Shown in pieces: positions 30,596 to 39,076 of a stretch of 64,000 nt of DNA; position 1 is the first letter of the stretch, and each line of letters begins with the position of its first letter. Source of the stretch: Patescibacteria group bacterium (lineage in GTDB: Bacteria; Patescibacteriota; Microgenomatia; UBA1400; PJMF01); assembly GCA_049322655.1 (NCBI GenBank), contig JBMORP010000006.1, forward strand, positions 13,863 through 77,862, written 5' to 3'. Under the pieces are notes generated by a model. The model saw nothing but the letters and a program-made list of their open reading frames with translations. It was not told where the DNA came from and did no database searches. The translations under genes and the position numbers were made by a program.

Positions 30596-31534
30596 ATGAA
30601 AACTGTGCTGAAAGTAGCTGATCTCACCAAGATCTATCCACCAGAAAAAAAAGGTGGCAAGTCTTTTACTGCTTTGGACGGTGTATCTTTTGAGTTAAAA
30701 GCAGGAGAAATCTTAGGTTTATTAGGTCCCAATGGGGCTGGTAAATCTACTACTATCTCGATTTTACTGGGTAACTTATCGGCAAATTCTGGAACAGTTG
30801 AGTATTTTGGTAAAGAATTTAACCAACATCGTAGTGAGATTTTGGATCAAGTCACTTTTGCTAGCACCTATATCAAAATGCCATGGAGACTTTCGGTCAT
30901 GGAAAACCTTCGGGTCTACTCTCTTTTATACGGTGTGGAGAAAAAGGTTTTCTTGGAGAGAGCAGAAAAATTTTTAAAGTTTTTTGAGGTTTGGTCACAA
31001 AGAGACAAAACCATGAATAATTTATCTGCTGGTCAGATTACCAGAATTATGTTGGCTAAAGCCTTTATTCCCCATCCTAAAATAGTGTTATTGGATGAGC
31101 CAACTGCTTCTTTGGATCCAGATATTGCCCATCAAGTCAGAGACTTTATTAAGCAACAACAGGGCAAGTTTAATACCAGTATTTTATATACCTCTCACAA
31201 TATGGACGAAGTAGCTGATGTCTGTGATCAAGTAATGTTTCTTAAAAATGGCAAGATTATTGCTCACGACAAGCCAGAGAACTTAGCTCAATCAGTCTCG
31301 GTGGCCAAAATGACCTTGAGGATTAAAGATGGATTAAAAAGGGTGAATCGATTCTCCAAAGAGCAAAACTTGAAAATAGAAGTAGTTGATCGAGATGCCA
31401 TGATCGAAATAGATGAACAAGAAGTAGCTGGTTTTTTGGCTTTATTGGCTAGTGAGGATATTACTTACTCACAAATCAGTATCGATAAACCCACTTTAGA
31501 AGACTATTTTTTGACCATTGGTGGTAAGAAATAA
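30596..31534 (+). CDS. ABC transporter ATP-binding protein (ABC-2 exporter type)
   Basis: Walker A GPNGAGKST, signature LSAGQ, Walker B ILLDEPT, 80-aa C-terminal extension. No SD; possibly leaderless. Confidence 0.85.
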   Translation: MKTVLKVADLTKIYPPEKKGGKSFTALDGVSFELKAGEILGLLGPNGAGKSTTISILLGNLSANSGTVEYFGKEFNQHRSEILDQVTFASTYIKMPWRLSVMENLRVYSLLYGVEKKVFLERAEKFLKFFEVWSQRDKTMNNLSAGQITRIMLAKAFIPHPKIVLLDEPTASLDPDIAHQVRDFIKQQQGKFNTSILYTSHNMDEVADVCDQVMFLKNGKIIAHDKPENLAQSVSVAKMTLRIKDGLKRVNRFSKEQNLKIEVVDRDAMIEIDEQEVAGFLALLASEDITYSQISIDKPTLEDYFLTIGGKK

Positions 31535-31537
31535 AAG

Positions 31538-32332
31538 ATGAAAATACATAGAATCGAAGCCCTATTTTTAAGACACCTCTACCCACTCAGACGTGATTTT
31601 GATTTGTTGTCAGATATGATTTATTGGCCATTGATTGATACGCTAATCTGGGGAATCACGGGGCAATGGCTCAGCAAAGCTGGCAATGATGCTGGAGGCG
31701 TGGGAGCGTTATTGATCTCATTATTAATGGGTTTGGTTTTATGGAATGTGATTTGGCGTGCCCAAGCAGAAATTGCTCGCAACCTGATGGATGAGATTTG
31801 GAATAATAATCTGATCAATTTATTCTCTACTCCATTGAGAATGGATGAATGGGTTATTTCTGTCTTGCTGTTGTCGATTGTTAAAACCGGTGTAACGATG
31901 CTGATGTTATTACCAGCTATTTTCTTGTTGTACTCAGTTAACGTTTTTGAGTTGGGCTGGTGGTTACCAGTCTTCTTTTTAAGCACCACGATGACTGGGT
32001 GGTGGATGGGCTTTGTTTCTGCTGGGATTGTTCTGCGTTATGGTCCCAAGTCACAAACGGTAATCTGGACTTTGCCAGGAATTTTACTGCCTTTTAGTGC
32101 TATTTATTTCCCCTTAGCTCAATTACCCAGTTGGATTCAACCGATCAGTAGAGTCATTCCAACCACGTATATTTTTGAATCAATGAGATCATTAATCAAT
32201 GGAGGTGAGGTTGACTTATCATTAATCTTTTTAAGTTTTGGCTTAAATTTTATCTTTTTAGGTTTTGCTTTTTGGCATTTTATTAAAAGCTTTAAATATA
32301 GTGTTGAGTTGGGCTTAGGCAGATTTAACTAA
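31538..32332 (+). CDS. ABC-2 type transporter permease
   Basis: Six predicted TM helices; 3-nt gap from the ATPase gene. Confidence 0.75.
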   Translation: MKIHRIEALFLRHLYPLRRDFDLLSDMIYWPLIDTLIWGITGQWLSKAGNDAGGVGALLISLLMGLVLWNVIWRAQAEIARNLMDEIWNNNLINLFSTPLRMDEWVISVLLLSIVKTGVTMLMLLPAIFLLYSVNVFELGWWLPVFFLSTTMTGWWMGFVSAGIVLRYGPKSQTVIWTLPGILLPFSAIYFPLAQLPSWIQPISRVIPTTYIFESMRSLINGGEVDLSLIFLSFGLNFIFLGFAFWHFIKSFKYSVELGLGRFN

Positions 32333-32333
32333 G

Positions 32334-32996
32334 TTATTTTTCTATTTTTTGAATGCCAAATGTTTCTTGGATCACAAAAGTGTCATTATTTTTTTCTAGT
32401 TTGATATAAGCAGTGTTATCAATACTGCCATGTGGTAGTTCTGCGTATTCTGCCCACTCAAGGTAGATCAAAAAAGTTCTCATAGCTGCACCATGGGTGA
32501 CAATCAGATTATTCTTTTCTTTGGTTAAATCGGCTGTTTTATTAAAGAAGGTTAAAAATCTGTTAATAATTGATTGATCTGTTTCTATATCCAAGACTTG
32601 ATGTTTAAACCGTTCTTCTTTTGGTAGGTTATCTCTTGCTTCAAGTAAGTCCTTAAGTTCTTGTTGAAAATCAGCAATTTTTCTACCCTCATAACTACCT
32701 AAATACATTTCTCGTAACAATTCATCTGTTTTCACTTCCAGAATATTTCTCTCTTCGGCAATTAATTGAGCTGTCTTATGAGCTCTTTTTAGATCGGAAG
32801 CAAAAACATTATCAAATTTCACGTCTTTTAGTTTTTTACTTAATTTTTTTGCTTGCTGGATGCCATTATCATTGAGTTCGATATCAATATGACCTTGAAT
32901 AAGCTTTTGAGCATTATAGGGAGTTTCTCCATGTCTAATAATATAAAAGGTAGTTGGTTTCAGCATAGCAGGTTTTGATTCTACCATTTTTCCCAT
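32334..32996 (-). CDS. Histidine phosphatase family protein (phosphoglycerate mutase-like)
   Basis: RHGETPYN catalytic RHG motif; a second His later in the sequence (VTHGAAMR). Confidence 0.75.
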   Translation of the reverse strand: MGKMVESKPAMLKPTTFYIIRHGETPYNAQKLIQGHIDIELNDNGIQQAKKLSKKLKDVKFDNVFASDLKRAHKTAQLIAEERNILEVKTDELLREMYLGSYEGRKIADFQQELKDLLEARDNLPKEERFKHQVLDIETDQSIINRFLTFFNKTADLTKEKNNLIVTHGAAMRTFLIYLEWAEYAELPHGSIDNTAYIKLEKNNDTFVIQETFGIQKIEK

Positions 32997-33060
32997 TGAT
33001 TCTTATATCTGGATATTGGTATAACAAACTCTCTGAGTAGTAACAGAAAGGAATTATTAA

Positions 33061-33534
33061 ATGTCAGACGATCAGATTAAAACGGCTGAAGATTTGGCCA
33101 AAGAGGCTTTGGCTGAAGCAGATGCAGAAGTAGAAAACTCCAACAAAGTGGCTGAGACACTAGGTACTTTGCAAAATCTAATTGAACGTCATGCTCTCAA
33201 TTTAGAAGAAATTCGCAAACAAATTAAAGAAGCCGGTGAAAGTTTACGCAGTGTTTTTGAAAATGACACAACTTTGACAAATGCTGAAGCTGAGGCTCAA
33301 GCTTTTACCAGTAAGGTAAAGGAACGGAAGAGTCAGTTGCAATCTGATCCTCAAGTTACGTCTTTAAAGATTAAGATTGGAGAACTTAAAGAGCAACAGA
33401 AAGAGTTAGAAGAAACACTTAGTAACCACTTGATTAACTATCATTCTCTAACTAATTCAAGAAGTTTTGATACTAGCGATGGTGATCAATGGGATTTTTC
33501 CATTAAAGCCAAGATTAGACCTCGTAAAAAATAA
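33061..33534 (+). CDS. Hypothetical coiled-coil protein
   Basis: 157-aa acidic/lysine-rich heptad-like sequence with no recognisable catalytic motif; strong terminator downstream. Confidence 0.45.
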   Translation: MSDDQIKTAEDLAKEALAEADAEVENSNKVAETLGTLQNLIERHALNLEEIRKQIKEAGESLRSVFENDTTLTNAEAEAQAFTSKVKERKSQLQSDPQVTSLKIKIGELKEQQKELEETLSNHLINYHSLTNSRSFDTSDGDQWDFSIKAKIRPRKK

Positions 33535-33556
33535 TTTTTTATTTAGAGATAAGCAA

Positions 33557-33598
33557 AAACCCCTCCATAGCTTTAGCGAAGGAGGGGTTTATTTTTTT
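33557..33598. terminator. Bidirectional rho-independent terminator between the convergent genes 33061..33534 (+) and rpsU (-)
   Basis: AAACCCCTCC-14nt loop-GGAGGGGTTT followed by ATTTTTTT. Confidence 0.7.
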
Positions 33599-33614
33599 GA
33601 TTTTCCAAAATTAT

Positions 33615-33869
33615 TTATGTTTTTCCTAATTTTTGGTTAATTCTAGCCAAAGCCTGTGGAGAAATATTTTTCATTTTCTTTAAGGAACGGGCTCTTCTTT
33701 TTAAACGATTATCAGTCGCTGTTTTTTCGGATTTGATTTTGGAAGGTTTTTTAAAGTAACGACGATCTTTAACAATTTGCACTACACCAGTAGCAGCAAC
33801 CGCCTTTTTAAACTTGCGGATTAAGTCATTGGTCGAATCACTTTTTTTGGACTTAATTACGATAGCCAT
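33615..33869 (-). CDS. rpsU: 30S ribosomal protein S21
   Basis: Basic 84-aa protein with S21-like pattern (FKKAVAATGVVQIVKDRRYFKKPS...RLKRRA). ATG at 33869 preceded by GGGAGGTGA; the track's longer start (33878) is a GTG lying inside that SD. Confidence 0.6.
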   Translation of the reverse strand: MAIVIKSKKSDSTNDLIRKFKKAVAATGVVQIVKDRRYFKKPSKIKSEKTATDNRLKRRARSLKKMKNISPQALARINQKLGKT

Positions 33870-34000
33870 CTCTCTCACCTCCCTTCCAAATTAACTACTT
33901 ATTAAGGTAAGAACCTGAATTATACACTAACTTACCAGATATTGCAGGAATTCTTTTTTTTCTTTTTCACTAACATTTTTTGTTATTATTTTTTATTAAA

Positions 34001-34477
34001 CTAAACTTTTTGATGGTTTTCTTTAATATCATTGGCTAATTTTGCCAATTCTTGATCATTAGCTCTTGCTGAGTCATTTGAAGATAAATAACCAGGATAT
34101 TGGTCAAAGTAGGTGTGAATAGTTTTACTTTCAATTGGGGCCCAGTTAGCCAGATCGCCAGTGCCGTGCATCGGATAGAGCTTACTATGAAGGTGATCTA
34201 CACCAAAGCCTTCAAAAAACATGCCACATCTAGAGACATCGGCAAAGTAACTATCCAAAATATTGGCAACTTTTTTGGTGGCTACGATTAGTTCTTGCAA
34301 AACTTCATCAGTTTGGGCAAAAGCATAACTACCATAATGTTCTTTGGGAATGACGACAGAGAAACCTTTGGTATTAGGGAAAATCGATAAGAAGGCTAAG
34401 TGTTTGTCATCCTCCCAAATTTTATGACAAGGCATTTTTTTTGCAACTATCTGACAAAAAATACAATCATCAACCAT
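34001..34477 (-). CDS. HIT-family (histidine triad-like) hydrolase
   Basis: N-terminal CIFCQIV and VDHLHSKLYPMHG triad region; the third His of the canonical HxHxHxx motif is replaced. Confidence 0.6.
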   Translation of the reverse strand: MVDDCIFCQIVAKKMPCHKIWEDDKHLAFLSIFPNTKGFSVVIPKEHYGSYAFAQTDEVLQELIVATKKVANILDSYFADVSRCGMFFEGFGVDHLHSKLYPMHGTGDLANWAPIESKTIHTYFDQYPGYLSSNDSARANDQELAKLANDIKENHQKV

Positions 34478-35348
34478 AAAGCTCCTTTAAAATGATTGTT
34501 AATTGATCACTATTTAGTGGACTGGGTTTTTGATTGTGATTTTTTTGTGAGCCGTTGAGCAACATTTTGCCACTGCCATGGAAAAACCAAGTGCCTTCTT
34601 TATCTAGTTCTTGAATTTTTTCATAAAGGTCATGCAAGGTGATTGCTGAATCTGGTCTGGCTTTGATTCTGATGTGGCCAAGTTTGGGGTCTTTTCTTAC
34701 CACTAAAATGTAGCCCATTTTCTGAGCGATTTTAATGGTGTCATCGTTTCTAGTATTAAGGATCAGGGCTTTACCTATGTTTAAGTTAAGCTCTTTGCCT
34801 TTTCTTTGAATGATCTCTTTGGCTTTATGATATTGAGTTAAAGTAGCATAGACATTATCTAAACATTGAAAACCAAAATGCATTTGGGAGTCATCATTAT
34901 GAGGATCAGTAAACTCATGTCCTCTAATTAATTCGTGAATCATAAATAAGTATCGTTCTGTTTCTGGCTCTGGCCACATCACCTCTTCGAAATGATCAAT
35001 TTGGTTTACCATCTCGACAATACTTTGTAAGGCTAGATCTTCTTTTTTATCAGGATAAACTTCGGTTAAGTAATCAAAAACTAGTGAAGCAGCACAGACT
35101 CTTTGGGTGGCTCTCGCTGGTTGGTGATGGTCAAACTCACCAAAGCCAGTATCAACGTAAGTAATTTCATGAAGTTGGCAACCTAGTTTTTCTGCTTCTT
35201 CCAATGAAATTTTTTCACCAGGACTAACAAAACCAATGTGAGCCTCTGCAAATTTTTGAGCGTGAAATCTTTTTAACAGCCAAGTAGCAGTAATTGCATC
35301 TAAATCAGGAGCATGGTGAGTAACAATTAGTGGTCTGGAATTGGACAT
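34470..35348 (-). CDS. DHH-family phosphoesterase (NrnA-like oligoribonuclease/pAp phosphatase)
   Basis: Motif I HHAPDLDAI, motif III GEFDHHQ. ATG at 35348 (MSNSRPL...) preferred because the longer 35414 start would run through an upstream terminator hairpin. A TATAAT sits about 10 nt upstream, suggesting a leaderless or short-leader transcript. Confidence 0.7.
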   Translation of the reverse strand: MSNSRPLIVTHHAPDLDAITATWLLKRFHAQKFAEAHIGFVSPGEKISLEEAEKLGCQLHEITYVDTGFGEFDHHQPARATQRVCAASLVFDYLTEVYPDKKEDLALQSIVEMVNQIDHFEEVMWPEPETERYLFMIHELIRGHEFTDPHNDDSQMHFGFQCLDNVYATLTQYHKAKEIIQRKGKELNLNIGKALILNTRNDDTIKIAQKMGYILVVRKDPKLGHIRIKARPDSAITLHDLYEKIQELDKEGTWFFHGSGKMLLNGSQKNHNQKPSPLNSDQLTIILKELYG

Positions 35349-35390
35349 AGTAACTTCATTATACAGATCTAGTGCAAGCAAGTAAGTCAG

Positions 35391-35442
35391 AAATAAAAAA
35401 ACTCCCCACCGCAAAAATTTTTTAAAGATTTTTGCCGTGGGG
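35391..35442 (-). terminator. Rho-independent terminator (minus strand) downstream of gene 35601..35933
   Basis: On the minus strand: CCCCACGGCAAAAAT-loop-ATTTTTGCGGTGGGG followed by AGTTTTTTTATTTT. Confidence 0.65.
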
Positions 35443-35600
35443 TCCTCACCGGGATGTATTCAGTAATATATTAAATGATCTATAAAAATCATATAGACAA
35501 AAAGGATTGATCTATCTTCCTATAATTTCTTCTAATCTGTAACAACATTTTCATTATAGGTTAGTATATTCCAGCAATATTTGCATCAAAAAGTATCAAA

Positions 35601-35933
35601 CTATTTTTTAGCAAAAACTTGAATAACTGTTTTTAAGGTCCACCATAAGATTTTAAATGGTAAAGTAAGCAGCAACCAAATTATAGATTGTTGATCTTCT
35701 TCACCTCTCACCCAAGTAGAAATAATTAGGAATTTATTATTTTCAATCGGGGTGGCTACTACGTGGATCTTTCGACCATTAATAATTCTAATGAACTTAA
35801 AATTATCTTGGTTGTGATAAGTCTTATCTGGTAAAGAAACTACTTGATAAATAAGGTCTTTACTAAGTGATCGATCTTTTGCTCTTGTCCAAGCATGTTT
35901 AGTGAAGACTAGGTTTTTATAAGTTTCACTCAT
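35601..35933 (-). CDS. Hypothetical protein, DUF4258-like N-terminus (toxin-like fold) with a C-terminal hydrophobic helix
   Basis: FTKHAWTRAKDRSLSKDLIYQVV resembles the DUF4258 start; C-terminal WLLLTLPFKILWWTLKTVIQVF TM-like tail; own terminator. Confidence 0.4.
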   Translation of the reverse strand: MSETYKNLVFTKHAWTRAKDRSLSKDLIYQVVSLPDKTYHNQDNFKFIRIINGRKIHVVATPIENNKFLIISTWVRGEEDQQSIIWLLLTLPFKILWWTLKTVIQVFAKK

Positions 35934-35951
35934 TATGTTTTATTAGCTAGC

Positions 35952-37184
35952 TTAAAGTTGTGATAATCTCATCAAAACTGTATCGTAGTCTAGCAATTCT
36001 GTGTTGGTTTCTTTTCTACTTTTCCATTCAATCTTATCACCATTTCTCTCGGAGAGAACTAGTCTAACAGGAATACCCATCAGATCTGCTGCTGCAAATT
36101 TACTGCCTGGAGACTCAGGTCGGTCATCCCAAATAACCTCAACTTTATGCTCTTTGAGATCACGATAAAGTTGTTGGGCTTTTTCTTCTGTTCCTTTTAA
36201 CGAGGTAATAATTACTTCGTAAGGAGCAATTGATAATGGCCAGATAATGCCTTTTTCATCTGATGATTTTTCTACGATTACTCCCATGGTCCTAGTTGTT
36301 CCCCAACCATAACAGCCCATAATAGGATATTTGTTTTGGCCTTCAATATCAGCATAGGTAAGTTCGAAATCTTTGGTATATTTTTGACCAAGGTCAAAGA
36401 CATTGCCTACTTCTGAAGCTTTGGCTGCTTGGAGTTCAGCCTGACCACATTTGGGGCATTTATCACCAGCTTGTTGTTGGGCTATTTCACTATTCACACA
36501 AAATTCACAATTTGGACAATAGTAGATATCATCTTCTCCAGCATTAGTGAGGACCATAAATTCATAAGAAACTTTGTCAGTGAAGTTGCCACCTGAAGCT
36601 TCGGTAACTTTGGCGACTAAATCAACTTTACGGTAAGCTTTGATATAAGCCTCTTTGACTTGTTGGTAAAATTGGTCAAAATCTGCTTGAGTTTCATGAA
36701 AACTATACATGTCTTTCATCTCAAACTCTCTGCCACGCAAGATTCCTGATTTAGCTCTCAATTCATCTCTAAATTTCCAGTGAATTTGATAGAGTGCCAA
36801 AGGTAAATCTTTATAACTATTGATCATGTCTTTGGCCAACGGGGTAACGATTTCTTCATGACTCTGACCAAGGGCATATTCTTTACCAGTTCTACTTTGG
36901 AGATGAAATAAGACATCAATGTTATCCCAGCCACCAGTTGTTAGCCAGTTTTTTTTGGGATGGAGTGATGGCATCAAGATTTCTTGGCCACCAATGGCAT
37001 CCATTTCTTGGCGAATAATATTACGAATTTTATTGAGAACTTTTAATCCCATCGGAGTATAGCTATAGACTCCAGCCATTAATTGACGAACAAAACCAGC
37101 TTGAACCAAGAGTTTGTGATTAATAGTATCAGCATTAGCTGGAGGGTTTTTTAAAGGCTTGAAAGCCATTTTGGACATTTTCAT
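35952..37184 (-). CDS. proS: Proline--tRNA ligase, short form lacking the INS editing domain, with a Cys4 zinc-ribbon insertion
   Basis: YSYTPMG (motif 1 region), FRDELRAKSGILRGREFEMKDMYSF (motif 2), CPNCEFC...CPKCG, C-terminal anticodon-binding domain; 410 aa. Confidence 0.8.
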   Translation of the reverse strand: MKMSKMAFKPLKNPPANADTINHKLLVQAGFVRQLMAGVYSYTPMGLKVLNKIRNIIRQEMDAIGGQEILMPSLHPKKNWLTTGGWDNIDVLFHLQSRTGKEYALGQSHEEIVTPLAKDMINSYKDLPLALYQIHWKFRDELRAKSGILRGREFEMKDMYSFHETQADFDQFYQQVKEAYIKAYRKVDLVAKVTEASGGNFTDKVSYEFMVLTNAGEDDIYYCPNCEFCVNSEIAQQQAGDKCPKCGQAELQAAKASEVGNVFDLGQKYTKDFELTYADIEGQNKYPIMGCYGWGTTRTMGVIVEKSSDEKGIIWPLSIAPYEVIITSLKGTEEKAQQLYRDLKEHKVEVIWDDRPESPGSKFAAADLMGIPVRLVLSERNGDKIEWKSRKETNTELLDYDTVLMRLSQL

Positions 37185-37213
37185 ATAGCCTTATTGTATA
37201 CGAAACCAGGCTA

Positions 37214-39040
37214 TTATCCAGCCAATTTTTTATTATCTTCCAAGTTTCTAAGTCTTAAACTTTGAGGAGTTACCTCTAGAACTTCATTTTTACCAATTAA
37301 GGTGAGAAATTGTTCTAAAGATGGTTTCCAGGCTGGTGCTAAAACTACGGTGGCATCAGCGGAGGAAGCTCTCATGTTAGTTAATTTTTTGCCTTTAACC
37401 ACATTCATCACCATGTTTTCTGAACGTTTATTAAAACCAACTACTTGGCCAGCATAAACTTTATCACCTGGGTTTACTAACATTTTGCCTCGTTGTTGAG
37501 CTTTTTCTAAAGAATAAGCAGTCACGGTTCCAGTTTCATGAGCAATCATCGCTCCACCACGATAAACCGGAGCCCTTTCAGATAGGGGTCGATATTCTAA
37601 AAAAGTATTGTGAATTATTCCTTCACCAGAAGTATTGGTGAGCAACTCGCTCCTATAACCGATTAAGTTAGCAGTGGAGATTTCATACTCAAATCTTACA
37701 CCGGTTTTAGTTTGGTGCATATTTTTCATTTGCCCTTTTCTTTGAGCCATATTGGTAGTAATGGTACCGGTGTAACTTTCAGAAACATCAATTGTGACAT
37801 ATTCCCAAGGTTCTAGAGTTTGGCCATGTTCTTCTTTCAAAACCACTTGAGGTCTTGACAAGGCAAATTCATAACCTTCTCGACGCATAGTTTCGATCAA
37901 AATAGCTAAATGTAGTTCTCCTCGACCGACAATAATGACATTCTCACCAGTTGTGCCTGGTAAAACTCTCAAACCAACATTAGTTTCAAGTTCTTTTTTG
38001 AGTCTAGCTTGAAGTTGTCTAGATGTAGAAAACTCGGCTTCTTGTCCGGCGAAAGGAGAAGTGTTAACCAATAGCTGCATCTTAACAGTTGGTTCAGTAA
38101 TACTCATTTGAGGCAAAGCTTCTGGTCGGTGAGTATCAGCAATAGTGTCACCAATACCAGGTTCAGGCATACCAGCGATAGCTACAATTTCTCCAGCACT
38201 AGCTTCTTCAACTTCTTTTCTTTCCAAACCAAAGTGATTGAATAGATAAACTATTGAAGCAGCTTCGATCTTGCCATTAGTCCTGAGTAATTTAACTGGT
38301 TGGTTTCTTTTGACCGTACCACGAAAAATACGACCAATCGCGATTCTTCCTTTGTGTTGATCCCAATCTAATGAGTTAACTTGAATCTGTAATGGTTGAG
38401 AAGCATCATCCTGAGGAGCTGGAATTTTCTCGATAATTGTTTCGAACAATGGAGTTAAATCTGAACTGTCAGTAATTTGGAGAGAATAATCTGAGTTTTC
38501 TTTGACTTTTTTACCAACAATACCTTCAATACCTCTGCCATAAAGCAAAGGATAATCTAGTTGTGAGTCTTGAGTAGCTAGCTCTAAAAATAAATCTTCA
38601 ATTTCTTGTTCTACTTCATAAATACGTTGATCTTTACGGTCAACTTTATTAATTAAAACGATTGGAGCTAAGCCAAGTTCTAAAGCTAGTTTAAGAACAA
38701 ATCTAGTTTGAGATAAAACTCCTTCAGCTGCATCAACCAACAAAATACAACCATCAGCCATGTTGAGCACTCGCTCTACCTCTCCAGAAAAATCAGCATG
38801 GCCAGGAGTATCAAGAATATTGATTTTATACTCTTGCCAAAAAACTGCTGTGTTTTTAGCTAAAATAGTAACCCCTTTTTCTCTTTCCAAATCATTAGAA
38901 TCAAGAATTGTGGTAGCTTGGTTTTCCTTTTGGTGGACGGCAAAAGTTTTTGTTTGTTTGAGCATAGCATCCACTAAGGTAGTTTTACCGTGGTCCACGT
39001 GAGCGATAATCGCAATATTGCGTAATTGTTTTTGTAACAT
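37214..39040 (-). CDS. typA: Translational GTPase TypA/BipA
   Basis: LRNIAIIAHVDHGKTTLVD, DTPGHADF, NKVDR; 608 aa matches the BipA architecture. Confidence 0.85.
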   Translation of the reverse strand: MLQKQLRNIAIIAHVDHGKTTLVDAMLKQTKTFAVHQKENQATTILDSNDLEREKGVTILAKNTAVFWQEYKINILDTPGHADFSGEVERVLNMADGCILLVDAAEGVLSQTRFVLKLALELGLAPIVLINKVDRKDQRIYEVEQEIEDLFLELATQDSQLDYPLLYGRGIEGIVGKKVKENSDYSLQITDSSDLTPLFETIIEKIPAPQDDASQPLQIQVNSLDWDQHKGRIAIGRIFRGTVKRNQPVKLLRTNGKIEAASIVYLFNHFGLERKEVEEASAGEIVAIAGMPEPGIGDTIADTHRPEALPQMSITEPTVKMQLLVNTSPFAGQEAEFSTSRQLQARLKKELETNVGLRVLPGTTGENVIIVGRGELHLAILIETMRREGYEFALSRPQVVLKEEHGQTLEPWEYVTIDVSESYTGTITTNMAQRKGQMKNMHQTKTGVRFEYEISTANLIGYRSELLTNTSGEGIIHNTFLEYRPLSERAPVYRGGAMIAHETGTVTAYSLEKAQQRGKMLVNPGDKVYAGQVVGFNKRSENMVMNVVKGKKLTNMRASSADATVVLAPAWKPSLEQFLTLIGKNEVLEVTPQSLRLRNLEDNKKLAG

Positions 39041-39076
39041 ATTTTCCTATTTCAAGAGAAAAGAGGGATTATAGTC

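Noticed and set aside
33870-33878. GTG start of rpsU at 33878 (MREM...)
   Set aside because: The GTG lies inside the GGGAGGTGA Shine-Dalgarno sequence. The ATG at 33869 with proper spacing is the likely start.
35349-35414. Longer N-terminal extension of the DHH gene (track start 35414)
   Set aside because: The extension runs through the hairpin and U-tract I assign as the terminator of the upstream minus-strand gene. The extra 22 residues are hydrophobic and unrelated to DHH motif I. The ATG at 35348 is preferred.
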